Of a stretch of 64,000 nucleotides of DNA, positions 1 to 9,203 are shown piece after piece. The position numbers and the translations under genes are program-made. The stretch comes from an uncultured Candidatus Rokubacteria bacterium. GTDB taxonomy: Bacteria > Methylomirabilota > Methylomirabilia > Rokubacteriales > CSP1-6. The stretch covers positions 288,001 to 352,000 of the forward strand of contig CAVXJS010000015.1 of NCBI GenBank assembly GCA_963762145.1. Reading direction: 5' to 3'. Every line of letters starts with the position of its first letter. The first letter of the stretch is position 1. The notes beneath the pieces were generated by a model, which worked only from the letters and a program-made list of their open reading frames with translations, was not told where the DNA came from and made no database searches.

Positions 1-1014
1 AGGTCGAGCGAGGCGTGGGCGGGGTGGAGACCGCGTTCCGCGCCACCATCGAGACCGGCGAGGGCCCGACCATCGCGATCCTGTGCGAGTACGACGCGCT
101 GCCCGGGATCGGGCACGCGTGCGGGCACAACGTGATCGCCACCTCGGGCGCGGGGGCGGGCGCGGCGCTGGCCGCGGTGAAGACGCAGCTCCCCAAGGGG
201 CGCATCCAGGTGATCGGCACGCCCGCCGAGGAGGGGGGCGGCGGCAAGGTGAAGCTGATCAAGGCCGGGGTCTTCAAGGACGTGGACTGCGCGATGATGA
301 TCCACGGCTTCGACCGCACGATCCTGCACCAGGATCTCCTCGGGATCGCGCGCGGCGACCTTCGAGTTCACCGGCAAGGCCTCCCACGCCTCCGCGGATC
401 CGTGGGAGGGCGTGAACGCCCTCGACGCGGTGATCGCCATGTACAACGCGGTCAGCATGCTCCGCCAGCAGGTGCGGCCGGACTGCCGGATCCACGGCAT
501 CATCACCAACGGCGGGGCGGCCGCCAACATCATCCCCGAGTACGCGTCCGCCGTCTTCTACGTGCGGGCGCCCCGCATCGACACGATGTGGGATCTGTTC
601 AAGCGCGTCTCGGCGGCCGCGGAGGGCGCGGCCCGGGCCACCGGCTGCACGCTCAAGATCACCCAGCACGACAGCGTCTACGAGCCGATGAAGCGAGCCG
701 CGTGATGCTCGATCTCTTCGCGGCCAACATGAAGGGGGCGGGCCTCACCGAGGGCGCGGCGATCCCCGATCGCCTGGGCTCCTCCGACATCGGCAACGTG
801 AGCCAGGTGATCCCGGCCATCCAGCCGATGGTGGCCATCGCCCCCACCGGCATGGCGATTCACACCCGCGAGTTCGCCGACGCGGCGGTGCAGCCGCTGG
901 CCCGCGCAGGGCATGGTCGCGGCGGCCAAGACCATGGCCCTCACCACCTTCGACCTGCTCGCCGAGCCCGCCCGCGTCAAGGCCGCCAAGGACGAGTTCG
1001 CGAAGGGCAAATAG
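1..1014 (+). CDS. M20 family amidohydrolase (AbgB-like), 5'-truncated by the window edge, with apparent frameshifts
   Basis: Motifs EYDALPGIGHACGHN, GTPAEEGGGGK, GVNALDA, GSSDIGNVSQ spread over several frames (breaks near 358, 700, 910); TAG at 1012-1014. Confidence 0.85.
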
Positions 1015-1016
1015 TC

Positions 1017-2213
1017 ATGACCGCCGAGAGCGTCCTGGAACAGGCGAAGAATCGGGTCGCGGAGACGGTCGACCGGCTCGCCGACGAGCTCGAGCGGATC
1101 AGCCTTCAGATCCACGGCAACCCCGAGCTGTGTTTCGAGGAGCACAAGGCCTCGGCGTGGCTCGCCGACTTCCTCGAGCAAGCAGGGCGCCGCGGTCGAG
1201 CGCGGCGTCGGCGGGCTGCCCACCGCGTTCCGCGCCACCATCCCGGCCACGGGCCCCGGTCCGACCGTGGCGATCATGGCCGAGTACGACGCGCTGCCGA
1301 ACATCGGCCACGCGTGCGGCCACAACGTGATCGCCACCGCGGGCACCGGCGCGGGCGCCGCCATCGCGGCCGCGCTCGACGCACCCTGCCCTTCCCCGGC
1401 CGCATCCAGGTGATCGGCACGCCCGCCGAGGAGGGCGGCGCGGGCAAGGTGCGGCTGATGGACGCGGGCGTCTTCCAGGACGTGGACGCGGCCATGATGA
1501 TCCACGGCCGCTGCGGCACTCAGGTCTGGCGGCCGAGCCTGGGCATCATCAAGGTCAAGTGCGAGTTCTTCGGCCGGGCTTCCCACGCCTCCTCCTGGCC
1601 CTGGCGAGGGGTGAACGCCCTCAACGCGATGATCCAGCTCTTCGTCTCGCTGGACAGCATGCGGCAGCAGCTCCGCCCCGACGCGCGCGTGCACGGCATC
1701 ATCACCAAGGGCGGCGACCAGGCGAATATCATCCCCGAGCACACCGCCTCGGAGTTCTACCTGCGCGCGCCCACCAAGGACTACTGCCGCGAGCTGCTGC
1801 GCCGCTTCGAGGCGTGCGCGGAGGGCGCGGCCACCGCCACCGGCTGCACCGTGAAGGTCACCGCGGACGCGATCATCCACGATCCGCTGAAGGCCAACTT
1901 CGCGATGGCCGAGCTCTTCGCCCGGAACCTGGAGCGGATCGACTTCCCGGTGGACCCGGACGACGGCGAGGCGGGGTACGGCTCGACCGACTGCGGCAAC
2001 GTCAGCCAGGCGCTGCCGACGATCCACCCCTACATCCGCATCTCCCCCGACGGGGTGCCCGGTCATTCGCGCGAGTTCGCGGAGTGGGCCAAGTCCCCGC
2101 TGGCGCGGACCGGCATGGTGGCGGCGGCGAAGGCGCTGGCGATGACCGCGCTCGACCTGCTGGCCGAGCCGCAGCAGCTCCGGAAGGCGAAGGAGGAGTT
2201 CGCGAAGGGCTAG
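1017..2213 (+). CDS. M20 family amidohydrolase, second tandem paralog (compensating frameshifts ~1185-1385)
   Basis: ATG at 1017; IHGNPELCFEEH, HACGHN, GTPAEEGGAGK, HASSWPWRGVNALNA, GSTDCGNVSQ. Confidence 0.88.
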   Translation: MTAESVLEQAKNRVAETVDRLADELERISLQIHGNPELCFEEHKASAWLADFLEQAGRRGRARRRRAAHRVPRHHPGHGPRSDRGDHGRVRRAAEHRPRVRPQRDRHRGHRRGRRHRGRARRTLPFPGRIQVIGTPAEEGGAGKVRLMDAGVFQDVDAAMMIHGRCGTQVWRPSLGIIKVKCEFFGRASHASSWPWRGVNALNAMIQLFVSLDSMRQQLRPDARVHGIITKGGDQANIIPEHTASEFYLRAPTKDYCRELLRRFEACAEGAATATGCTVKVTADAIIHDPLKANFAMAELFARNLERIDFPVDPDDGEAGYGSTDCGNVSQALPTIHPYIRISPDGVPGHSREFAEWAKSPLARTGMVAAAKALAMTALDLLAEPQQLRKAKEEFAKG

Positions 2214-2677
2214 TCGAGGCGGATCGAGAAGCCGGCCCGGAAGTCCGCGGAGTCCGGCTCACGCTGCAGCAGGCCGCGGCCGGCCCCCCCGTCGAGGCGG
2301 CCGCGCAGGAAGCGGTACTCCCCGTAAATCTGGGTGCGCCCCGAGATCGGCACCGACATTCCCGCGCCCAGCCGCACGTCGTCGAGTCCGTCGGTATCGC
2401 GCCGCAGGCCGGGCGGCAGCGACGCGGCCCACGGGGCGCCGAGCGCCGTGCTCGAGCCCAGCGAGACGTAGGGGCTCAGGAGCCCGTAGAGGACGTGGCC
2501 GTCCGTGGACAGGGGCAGGCGCACCGACGTCTCCCCCGGGGCATCGCTGATCGAGAGGCGCAGATCGGGGATGACGTGCAGGGCCGGCTCCGGCACATCC
2601 GTGGCCTGGGCCGCCCCCGCCCACATGGCGGCGGCCAGCACCAGCGCCCCGATTCCGGATCGTCCCCCGCGGCTCAT
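2210..2677 (-). CDS. Secreted protein, probable small outer-membrane beta-barrel
   Basis: Signal peptide ending AQA; amphipathic strands (PYVSLG, VRLGAGMSVPI, QIYGEYRF, FRAGFSIRLD C-terminus). Confidence 0.55.
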   Translation of the reverse strand: MSRGGRSGIGALVLAAAMWAGAAQATDVPEPALHVIPDLRLSISDAPGETSVRLPLSTDGHVLYGLLSPYVSLGSSTALGAPWAASLPPGLRRDTDGLDDVRLGAGMSVPISGRTQIYGEYRFLRGRLDGGAGRGLLQREPDSADFRAGFSIRLD

Positions 2678-2708
2678 ACCTTGAAGTCTACACGGAGCGC
2701 CGGGCCCG

Positions 2709-3278
2709 TCAATCCGTGGGGCCGCGCAGAACCCCTCTCGCCTGGCCGAGGTGATCGAGCTCGTGGAGCCGGAAGATGATGGCGCAGGCCTTCCAGTCGC
2801 ACTCCTCGACCCACTGCATCGGGGTCACGGTGCCGTCCGGCTGTCGCGTATTGATCACCATGATGATGGGCGCGCGAACCGGGGTCGGCCGGTCGGGCGC
2901 CTTCGCGAGCACGTCGAGCACGTCCGCGTGGATGCGACGGAGCTCGCCGCGCAGGTCGTCCCACCGTCGCGCGAAGGGATCGGCCGACTGGAGCCCGGCC
3001 GGGATGGGGCTCACCGGCGAGTGGCGGCTCTCGAGCAGCGCGCGCATCTCCTCGAGCGCGAGCGGATGGGTCGCCACCAGATGATCCAGGATCTCGTGCA
3101 CGCTCCACCCGCCGCCGCCGGGCGCGCGGCGGGCCCGGCTCTCGGTGACGCCACCGAGCAACCCCTCCACCGCGGCGAACGCGTCGGCGACTCGCTCGCG
3201 GATCTGGGCCACGGGCGCGTGGGTGCCCTTCTCGAGCAGGTAGGCCTTGGCCTTGGCGTGTTCGGGCGGCAGGGTCAT
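2709..3278 (-). CDS. DinB/DUF664-like protein
   Basis: Starts MTLPPEH with ATGA overlap on the TetR stop; WSVHEILDHL and RLHELDHLGQ DinB-type His motifs. Confidence 0.75.
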   Translation of the reverse strand: MTLPPEHAKAKAYLLEKGTHAPVAQIRERVADAFAAVEGLLGGVTESRARRAPGGGGWSVHEILDHLVATHPLALEEMRALLESRHSPVSPIPAGLQSADPFARRWDDLRGELRRIHADVLDVLAKAPDRPTPVRAPIIMVINTRQPDGTVTPMQWVEECDWKACAIIFRLHELDHLGQARGVLRGPTD

Positions 3279-3883
3279 GTCGGGTCTCCATGTTCCAGGT
3301 AGCGGAAGAGCACGACCTCGGCGGCCCGAGCCGCGCGCGGCAGCGTCATCAATCCGCGATCGAAGGTGAGCTGCAGCGAGAAGCCGTCCAGGACGGCCAG
3401 CACCACCACCGCGGCTTCCTCCACGTTGACCCGGCGAAACTCTCCGGCCGCGACACCGCGGGACAGGCCCCCGGCGATGAGCCGTCGCGCGCGCGCGTAC
3501 GCATCCCGGTTCACCGCGGCGAGCCGCCGCTCGTGGAAGGCCTCGCCCCAGAACTCGATGAACACGGTCCAGAAGTCCCGGTTGTCCACCGCGGTGCGCA
3601 GGCAGGCGCGAATGACCGCGCGCAGCCGCTCCCGCGCGGTCCGGGCCCCGCGCGACTCGGTGACCACGCGCCGGTCGAGGTCCCCGGTCACGCGGCGGGC
3701 CGCCGCGGCCAGCATCGCGGCCTTGTCGCGGAAGTAGTAGTGCAGGATGCCCTGGCTCACCGCGGCCTCGGCGGCCACGCGCTTCATGGTGAGGCCGGCG
3801 TATCCGTCGCGGGCGAGGCACCGGATGGTGGCGCGGACGATCTGCTCGCGCCGCACCGGGGCCATGCCGAGCTTGGGAGACAC
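3275..3883 (-). CDS. TetR/BetI-type transcriptional regulator
   Basis: N-terminal HTH (GLTMKRVAAEAAVSQGILHYYFRDK) plus BetI-like C-terminal domain. Confidence 0.92.
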   Translation of the reverse strand: MSPKLGMAPVRREQIVRATIRCLARDGYAGLTMKRVAAEAAVSQGILHYYFRDKAAMLAAAARRVTGDLDRRVVTESRGARTARERLRAVIRACLRTAVDNRDFWTVFIEFWGEAFHERRLAAVNRDAYARARRLIAGGLSRGVAAGEFRRVNVEEAAVVVLAVLDGFSLQLTFDRGLMTLPRAARAAEVVLFRYLEHGDPT

Positions 3884-3913
3884 GCCGCGCGCCGCTCCTC
3901 GTCCGTAGTCTTT

Positions 3914-3931
3914 ATTGGTCGGTCGACCAAT
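3914..3931. promoter_or_regulatory. Probable TetR operator
   Basis: Perfect 8-2-8 inverted repeat ATTGGTCG-GT-CGACCAAT 30 bp upstream of the TetR start. Confidence 0.7.
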
Positions 3932-3994
3932 TATGCGGATCGGAGTATGCGACGGCGGAGCGGCCGCGTCAAGCGGCCGGGCGGGGAGCGGGGA

Positions 3995-4318
3995 CTACTG
4001 GTGCCAGGCGCCCTCGAAGTGGTGCTTGAACTCGTGCATCAGCACGTACGGGTCCGCGGTCGAGATGATCATCCGGTCCGCGGGCACGTAGCAGCCGTGG
4101 ATGCGGCCGGCGGGGGCCGATTGCGGGCTCCGGAGCCGGCAGATCATCTCCACCTCGGGCTGCGGGCGGATCACGACCGTCACCGGGCCAATCTGGTAGG
4201 GAGAGCCGCTCAGCTGGGTCTGCTCGGTACTGAGATAGGGGCCGTGGCTCGCGCACCCGGTGAAAGCCAGCGCCAGCCCGACTCCCGCGATCACCGCCCG
4301 GATCCGCTTGGCTGCCAT
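3995..4318 (-). CDS. Small lipoprotein with HExxH motif (mini-zincin-like)
   Basis: MAAKRIRAVIAGVGLALAFTGC lipobox; C-terminal VLMHEFKHHFEG. Confidence 0.7.
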   Translation of the reverse strand: MAAKRIRAVIAGVGLALAFTGCASHGPYLSTEQTQLSGSPYQIGPVTVVIRPQPEVEMICRLRSPQSAPAGRIHGCYVPADRMIISTADPYVLMHEFKHHFEGAWHQ

Positions 4319-4330
4319 GCCCCCTAGCAA

Positions 4331-4346
4331 GGCAACCCGGGTGCCA
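4331..4346 (-). promoter_or_regulatory. Sigma54 -24/-12 promoter of the HExxH lipoprotein
   Basis: Minus strand TGGCAC-CCGGG-TTGCC matches TGGCAC-N5-TTGC. Confidence 0.7.
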
Positions 4347-4569
4347 TGGACACGACCCGATCGAGCGCGACCCGACATCAGACTTTCCAGTACCTTGCAC
4401 AGCCCGCCTGCCTGGCGGATCGGGCCCGGCCTCTGGTGTCAGCCCCCCGAACATTGCGGCGACGCCATAGCGGTCCCTCCATCAGAATTTGTGGGTGCCC
4501 CCTCCAGGAGGGGAGCCTCGCTAGCCAGCCGGGGCCATACGATCGCAATGATTTCATCTGCTTGGCGAT

Positions 4570-4585
4570 CGGCACGGGCGTTGCT
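4570..4585 (+). promoter_or_regulatory. Sigma54 -24/-12 promoter of the FecR repeat protein
   Basis: CGGCAC-GGGCG-TTGCT, 13 bp before ATG 4599. Confidence 0.7.
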
Positions 4586-4598
4586 CTAAGAATGACGC

Positions 4599-7500
4599 AT
4601 GAGCACGATGCGGCGATGGGTCCTCTCGGTCAGCCTGGCGATCGTGGCCTTCCCCGGCCTTGGGATCGCCCAGGAGCCGGTCGGCGTGGTCACCACCCTG
4701 AACGGGCGGGCGACCCGGACGGCCAGCGCACCCGGTGAGACGGCCGCCCCGCTGCGGTTCAAGGACGGCGTCTTCGTCGCGGACACGATCCGGACGGCCG
4801 AGCGGTCGTTCGTTCGCATGCTGCTCGAGCGCAAGGCGGTCCTGACCGTGCGCGAGCTGTCGGTCCTGCGGATCACGGAAGACGCGACCCAGGCGGCGGT
4901 GGATCTCCAGGCCGGCGGCATCGCGTTCAGCGTCGCCCGCGCCCGCCTGCGACCGGGCGAGACGGTTCTGGTTCGCACGCCGAACGCGGTGGCCGCGGTG
5001 CGCGGCACCACGATCATCGTCGAGACGCAAGGCGCGGTCACGCACTTCCACGTCCTGACCGGCGCCCTCGACGTGGCCGCTCACGCCAGCCCGACGGCGT
5101 GGCACCGGCTCCAGGCGCCGGCCAGCCTGACCGTCACCGGGTCCGTGGTCGGCAACCCCCGCCGGCTCGACAACGCCACCCGCGACCGGCTCACCGTGGA
5201 CTACCTGAGCCTCCGGGTGTCCGAGCCGAGCGCGCCGGCGGAGATGGTGGCGCAGGAGCAGGCCAAGGCGGTGTTGCTGGCGCGGCTGATCGGTGGCGAC
5301 GGCACCGGCGGGGACCAGGTCGACATGCTCGCGACCGCCGACACGCCGGTCACGCAGGCCGCGGCCGGCATGCAGAGCCCGACGCAGGCGCCGGTGACGC
5401 CATCGGTCGTACCGGGCACTCCCGCCGGGACGCCCGCGACCCCGCCGGTGCCTCCCCCGCCGCCGATCCAGAGCTGGAACAACCAGACCGCCACCGTGAC
5501 GGGCGATCTCCTCAACGTGCCGGCCGCGACCATCAGCACGCTCGCGTCGAGCCTCGCGAGCGCGACCGGCAGCACGATCACCGTCACCAATGAAGTCGTG
5601 GACGTCACCGGCACCCTGACCGCCGGCGCGGCCAGCCCCTTCGTGGCGCTGCAGTCGAGCACGTTGGCCTCGCGTACGCTGGCCGCGGTCCAGACCGGCA
5701 CCCTGACGCTGTCCGGCAGCCCTCTCTTCGAGGCAGTGGGCGGCGGCGCCAGCACCACCGACGATCTCGTCCGGGTCAGCGGCGGCGGCCGCCTCACCGG
5801 CCCCGCGGGCGGCCCACTCCTGAGCTTGTCGGGCGCCACGCTCGGCGTCGGCAATGGGACCGGCGACCGGCTGCTGGAGCTGGCCGGGACGGGCTCTCGG
5901 CTCACGCTCGGAGGCGCGCTCCTCGACGCCACCGGCTCCACCGTGAGCCTCACCGGCACCTCCCTGATCGAGGTGATGACGGGCGCGGGACTGAATGTGG
6001 CCGGTGCGCCCCTGGTAAACCTGACGGGTGGCGCGCTGGTGCTGAATGGAGCGGCCACGGGCTTCCTGTTCAGCTCGGCGACCGCGTCCACGCTGGGCGG
6101 CGGCCTGCTCGCCACGAACGGCACCGCGATCAACGCGGGGATGGCCTCGCCCGGCAACCTTCTGAGCGTGTCCGGTCCGCTCACGAGCAGCGGCGCGACG
6201 CCGCTCCTCTCGCTGGCCGGCGGCGACGTGCGCGCGCGGAACCTGGGCGTGGTGTCGTCGGCGACGGGCGTGCTCACCCTGGGCGGCGCGTTCCTCGATC
6301 GGTCGGGCGCCGGCAACACGCTGCTCACGACCGACGATCTCCTGAACGTCTCGGCGGGCGGGCGCCTCGTGGCGGCCGGCGCCGACCCTCTCCTGCGCTT
6401 CACGGATACCATCGTCACGACGGGCAACGCCGCCGGCGACCAGCTCTTCCAGCTCACCGGCGCCGGATCGTCGGCGACGCTATCCGCCGGGCTGCTCGGG
6501 GCGTCGAATACCGCCTTCTCGCTGACCGGCTCGTCGCTGGTGGACGTCTCCACCGGCGCCGTCCTGACCGCGACCGGCACCGGCCCCCTCGCCGCGCTGT
6601 CGGGCGGCTCGCTCGCGCTCGGCAACGCGACCGGCTTCGCCATCAGCTCGACCGGAGCCAGCCAGATCGGGGGCAGCCTGCTGCGCACCACCAATACCGG
6701 CGTGACCACGACCGGCGACCTCGTCAGCGTCTCCGGCACGCTCACCGGCACCGGCACGGCCCCGCTGCTCGATCTCGATGGCGGCGCGGTGGCCGCGCGC
6801 AACGGCGTCCTGGTCTCCACCACGAACGGGCGGCTCAGCCTGAGCGGCCCCGCGCTCGCTCGCACGGGCGGCACCCTGACCACCACCGACGATCTCTTCA
6901 ACATCTCCGGCGGCGCCCGCCTCACGAGCGCGGGGACCGGCGCGCTGCTGGGCTTCTCGGGCGCCACCGTCAATGTCGGCAACGGCAGCGGCGACCAGCT
7001 CTTCGTGGTGACCGGGGCCGGATCGGCGGCGACACTGGCCGGCCCCCTGCTCGACGCCTCCGCGACCACCTTCACGCTCACCGGCTCGTCCCTCGTCGAG
7101 ATCTCGACCGGGGCGACGCTCACCGCCTCGAGCGCGGCGCCGCTGACCGCACTGTCGGGCGGCGCGCTGAACCTGGGCACCGCGACCGGCTTCCTCGTGA
7201 GCTCGGCCAGCCCGAGCACGGTCGGCGGCAGCCTGCTGCGCACCACCGGCGCGGACGTCGCCACCACCGGCAATCTCGTGACCGTGTCCGGATCGCTCAC
7301 CGACACCGGCACCACCGCGCTCCTCGATCTCACCGGCGGCGCGGTCTCGGCGCGCACCGGGCTCGCCCTGTCGTCGACCGCCGGCCAGCTCAGCCTGAAC
7401 GGGCCCGCGCTCGGCCGCACTGGCGGAACCCTGACCGTGACCGACGATCTCTTCAGCATCTCCGCGGGCGCGCGCCTGACGAGCACGGGAGCCGGCGCGC

Positions 7501-9176
7501 TGCTCGGAATCTCGGGGGCCACCGTCAACATCGGCAACGGCACCGGCGACCAGCTCTTCCAGCTCACCGGCGCCGGATCGTCGGCGACGCTGGCCGGCGG
7601 GCTGCTCGAGGCCTCGAATACCGCGTTCACCCTGACCGGCTCGTCCCTGATGGAGGTCTCCACCGCCGCGGTGCTCACCGCGAACGGCACCGGCCCCCTC
7701 GCCGCCGTGACGGACGGCTCGCTCGCGCTCGGCAATGCGACCGGCTTCGTCATCAGCTCGACCGGGGCCAGCCAGATCGGGGGCAGCCTGCTGCGCACCA
7801 CCAATACCGGCCTCACCACGACCGGCGACCTCGTCAGCGTCTCGGGCACGCTGACCGACACCGGGTCGGCCCCGCTGCTCGATCTCAACGGCGGCGCGGT
7901 GGCCGCACGCAGCGGCGTCCTGGTCTCCACCGCGAACGGCCGCCTCACCCTGAACGGCCCCGTGCTCAGCCGCACCGGGGGCACGTTGACCCTGACCGAC
8001 GATCTGCTCGGCATCACGTCGGGCGGCCGCCTCACCGACACCGGCACCGGCCCGCTGCTCGCCTTCTCCGCCGGCACGGTGAGCATCGGCAACGCGGCCG
8101 GCGATCAGCTCTTCGTGGTGAACGGCACGGGGTCGCAGGCCACGCTGGCCGGCCCGCTGCTGAGCGCCGCGGGCACCGCCCTCTCCCTCACCGGGACCGC
8201 GCTGGTGGAGGTGTCGACCAACGCGACGCTGACCGACGCGTCCGCCGCGCGGCTCGTCAGCCTCTCGGGCGGCTCGCTCACGCTCGGCGCGGCCGCCAAC
8301 GCCTTCCTGCTGAACACCACGGGCACCGCGACCCTCGCCGGCGGTCTTCTCGACGCCAGCGGCACCGACATCACCGCGGCGGGCGACTTCGTGCGGGCGC
8401 TGGGCGGCGGGCGCCTCGTGGTGATCGGGTCGAGCGCGCCGCTGCTCTCGCTCACCGGCGGCACTCACCAGTTCGGCGCGACCGGCAACATCTACCGCCT
8501 CTCCGGCACCGCCACCGCGATCGATCCGCTCAGCGGCCTGCTGCTGGGTACCGAGCAGCCGATCCAGGCCGCCGGCTCCCTGTACGAGTCGGTGGGCGCC
8601 ACCGCGACCACCCAGCGGGCGGTGCGTCTGGACGTGGCCCTGCTCCAGGCCAGCGCGCCGCTGCTGAGCCTGCGGAACAACGGCGCGGTGGCGGGCGGCC
8701 TCACCACCACGAGCAACGCGATCGACCTGACGTCCCGGGCCCGGCTGAACGCCACCGCGCCGATCATCGCGCTGGACGGCAGCCGCATCACGGTGACCAA
8801 CGCGTCGCTGGTCAACGTGGCGGGCGGCAGCTATCTCGGCGTGACCGGCAATCTCCTGAGCGTGGCCAACGGCAGCCAGATCTCGGTCACCGGCGGGACC
8901 CTGCTCTTCGCGGCGGGCGGCTCGGTGGTCAACATCAGCGGGGGGCTGCTCTCCTTCGGCGGAACCGGCAGCACGGTCACGGTGAGCAACGCGCTGTGCC
9001 CGTGCACGATCATCGGCGGGATCCCGGTGCGGCTCTCCGGAGGCGCGCTGGCCGCCAACATCTCCATCACGAACCCGATCAAGAACGCGACCGGCAACAC
9101 GGTGTCCATCGCGGCAGGCGCCGCGGCGGTCCGGGTGGACGGCGCGACCACCCGGGTCACGATCAGCGGCCAGTAA
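4599..9176 (+). CDS. Large secreted FecR-domain protein with Pro-rich linker and G/T/S/A/L-rich beta-solenoid-like repeats (1525 aa)
   Basis: Signal peptide; FecR motifs DTIRT and VRTPNAVAAVRGT; PPVPPPPP linker; ~185-aa repeats. Confidence 0.85.
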   Translation: MSTMRRWVLSVSLAIVAFPGLGIAQEPVGVVTTLNGRATRTASAPGETAAPLRFKDGVFVADTIRTAERSFVRMLLERKAVLTVRELSVLRITEDATQAAVDLQAGGIAFSVARARLRPGETVLVRTPNAVAAVRGTTIIVETQGAVTHFHVLTGALDVAAHASPTAWHRLQAPASLTVTGSVVGNPRRLDNATRDRLTVDYLSLRVSEPSAPAEMVAQEQAKAVLLARLIGGDGTGGDQVDMLATADTPVTQAAAGMQSPTQAPVTPSVVPGTPAGTPATPPVPPPPPIQSWNNQTATVTGDLLNVPAATISTLASSLASATGSTITVTNEVVDVTGTLTAGAASPFVALQSSTLASRTLAAVQTGTLTLSGSPLFEAVGGGASTTDDLVRVSGGGRLTGPAGGPLLSLSGATLGVGNGTGDRLLELAGTGSRLTLGGALLDATGSTVSLTGTSLIEVMTGAGLNVAGAPLVNLTGGALVLNGAATGFLFSSATASTLGGGLLATNGTAINAGMASPGNLLSVSGPLTSSGATPLLSLAGGDVRARNLGVVSSATGVLTLGGAFLDRSGAGNTLLTTDDLLNVSAGGRLVAAGADPLLRFTDTIVTTGNAAGDQLFQLTGAGSSATLSAGLLGASNTAFSLTGSSLVDVSTGAVLTATGTGPLAALSGGSLALGNATGFAISSTGASQIGGSLLRTTNTGVTTTGDLVSVSGTLTGTGTAPLLDLDGGAVAARNGVLVSTTNGRLSLSGPALARTGGTLTTTDDLFNISGGARLTSAGTGALLGFSGATVNVGNGSGDQLFVVTGAGSAATLAGPLLDASATTFTLTGSSLVEISTGATLTASSAAPLTALSGGALNLGTATGFLVSSASPSTVGGSLLRTTGADVATTGNLVTVSGSLTDTGTTALLDLTGGAVSARTGLALSSTAGQLSLNGPALGRTGGTLTVTDDLFSISAGARLTSTGAGALLGISGATVNIGNGTGDQLFQLTGAGSSATLAGGLLEASNTAFTLTGSSLMEVSTAAVLTANGTGPLAAVTDGSLALGNATGFVISSTGASQIGGSLLRTTNTGLTTTGDLVSVSGTLTDTGSAPLLDLNGGAVAARSGVLVSTANGRLTLNGPVLSRTGGTLTLTDDLLGITSGGRLTDTGTGPLLAFSAGTVSIGNAAGDQLFVVNGTGSQATLAGPLLSAAGTALSLTGTALVEVSTNATLTDASAARLVSLSGGSLTLGAAANAFLLNTTGTATLAGGLLDASGTDITAAGDFVRALGGGRLVVIGSSAPLLSLTGGTHQFGATGNIYRLSGTATAIDPLSGLLLGTEQPIQAAGSLYESVGATATTQRAVRLDVALLQASAPLLSLRNNGAVAGGLTTTSNAIDLTSRARLNATAPIIALDGSRITVTNASLVNVAGGSYLGVTGNLLSVANGSQISVTGGTLLFAAGGSVVNISGGLLSFGGTGSTVTVSNALCPCTIIGGIPVRLSGGALAANISITNPIKNATGNTVSIAAGAAAVRVDGATTRVTISGQ
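5862..8450 (+). repeat. Intragenic tandem repeats, 555-nt (185-aa) period, alternating A/B units
   Basis: GGCGAY-CAG/CGG anchor at 5862, 6435, 6990, 7545, 8100; long near-identical DNA at 1110-nt offset. Confidence 0.85.
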
Positions 9177-9203
9177 GTCCCACGGCGGGGAACCTCCCGC
9201 CCG

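Noticed and set aside
15-2213. Single 732-aa fused double-M20 protein
   Set aside because: Contains out-of-frame stretches; a stop and new ATG at 1012-1019 indicate two genes
5862-8450. Repeat array as possible CRISPR or diversity-generating cassette
   Set aside because: Units are 555 nt, in-frame and coding; no spacers, cas genes or reverse transcriptase
5201-8468. Long antisense ORFs (963 aa, 662 aa)
   Set aside because: Shadow ORFs of the repetitive GC-rich FecR gene with no independent motifs
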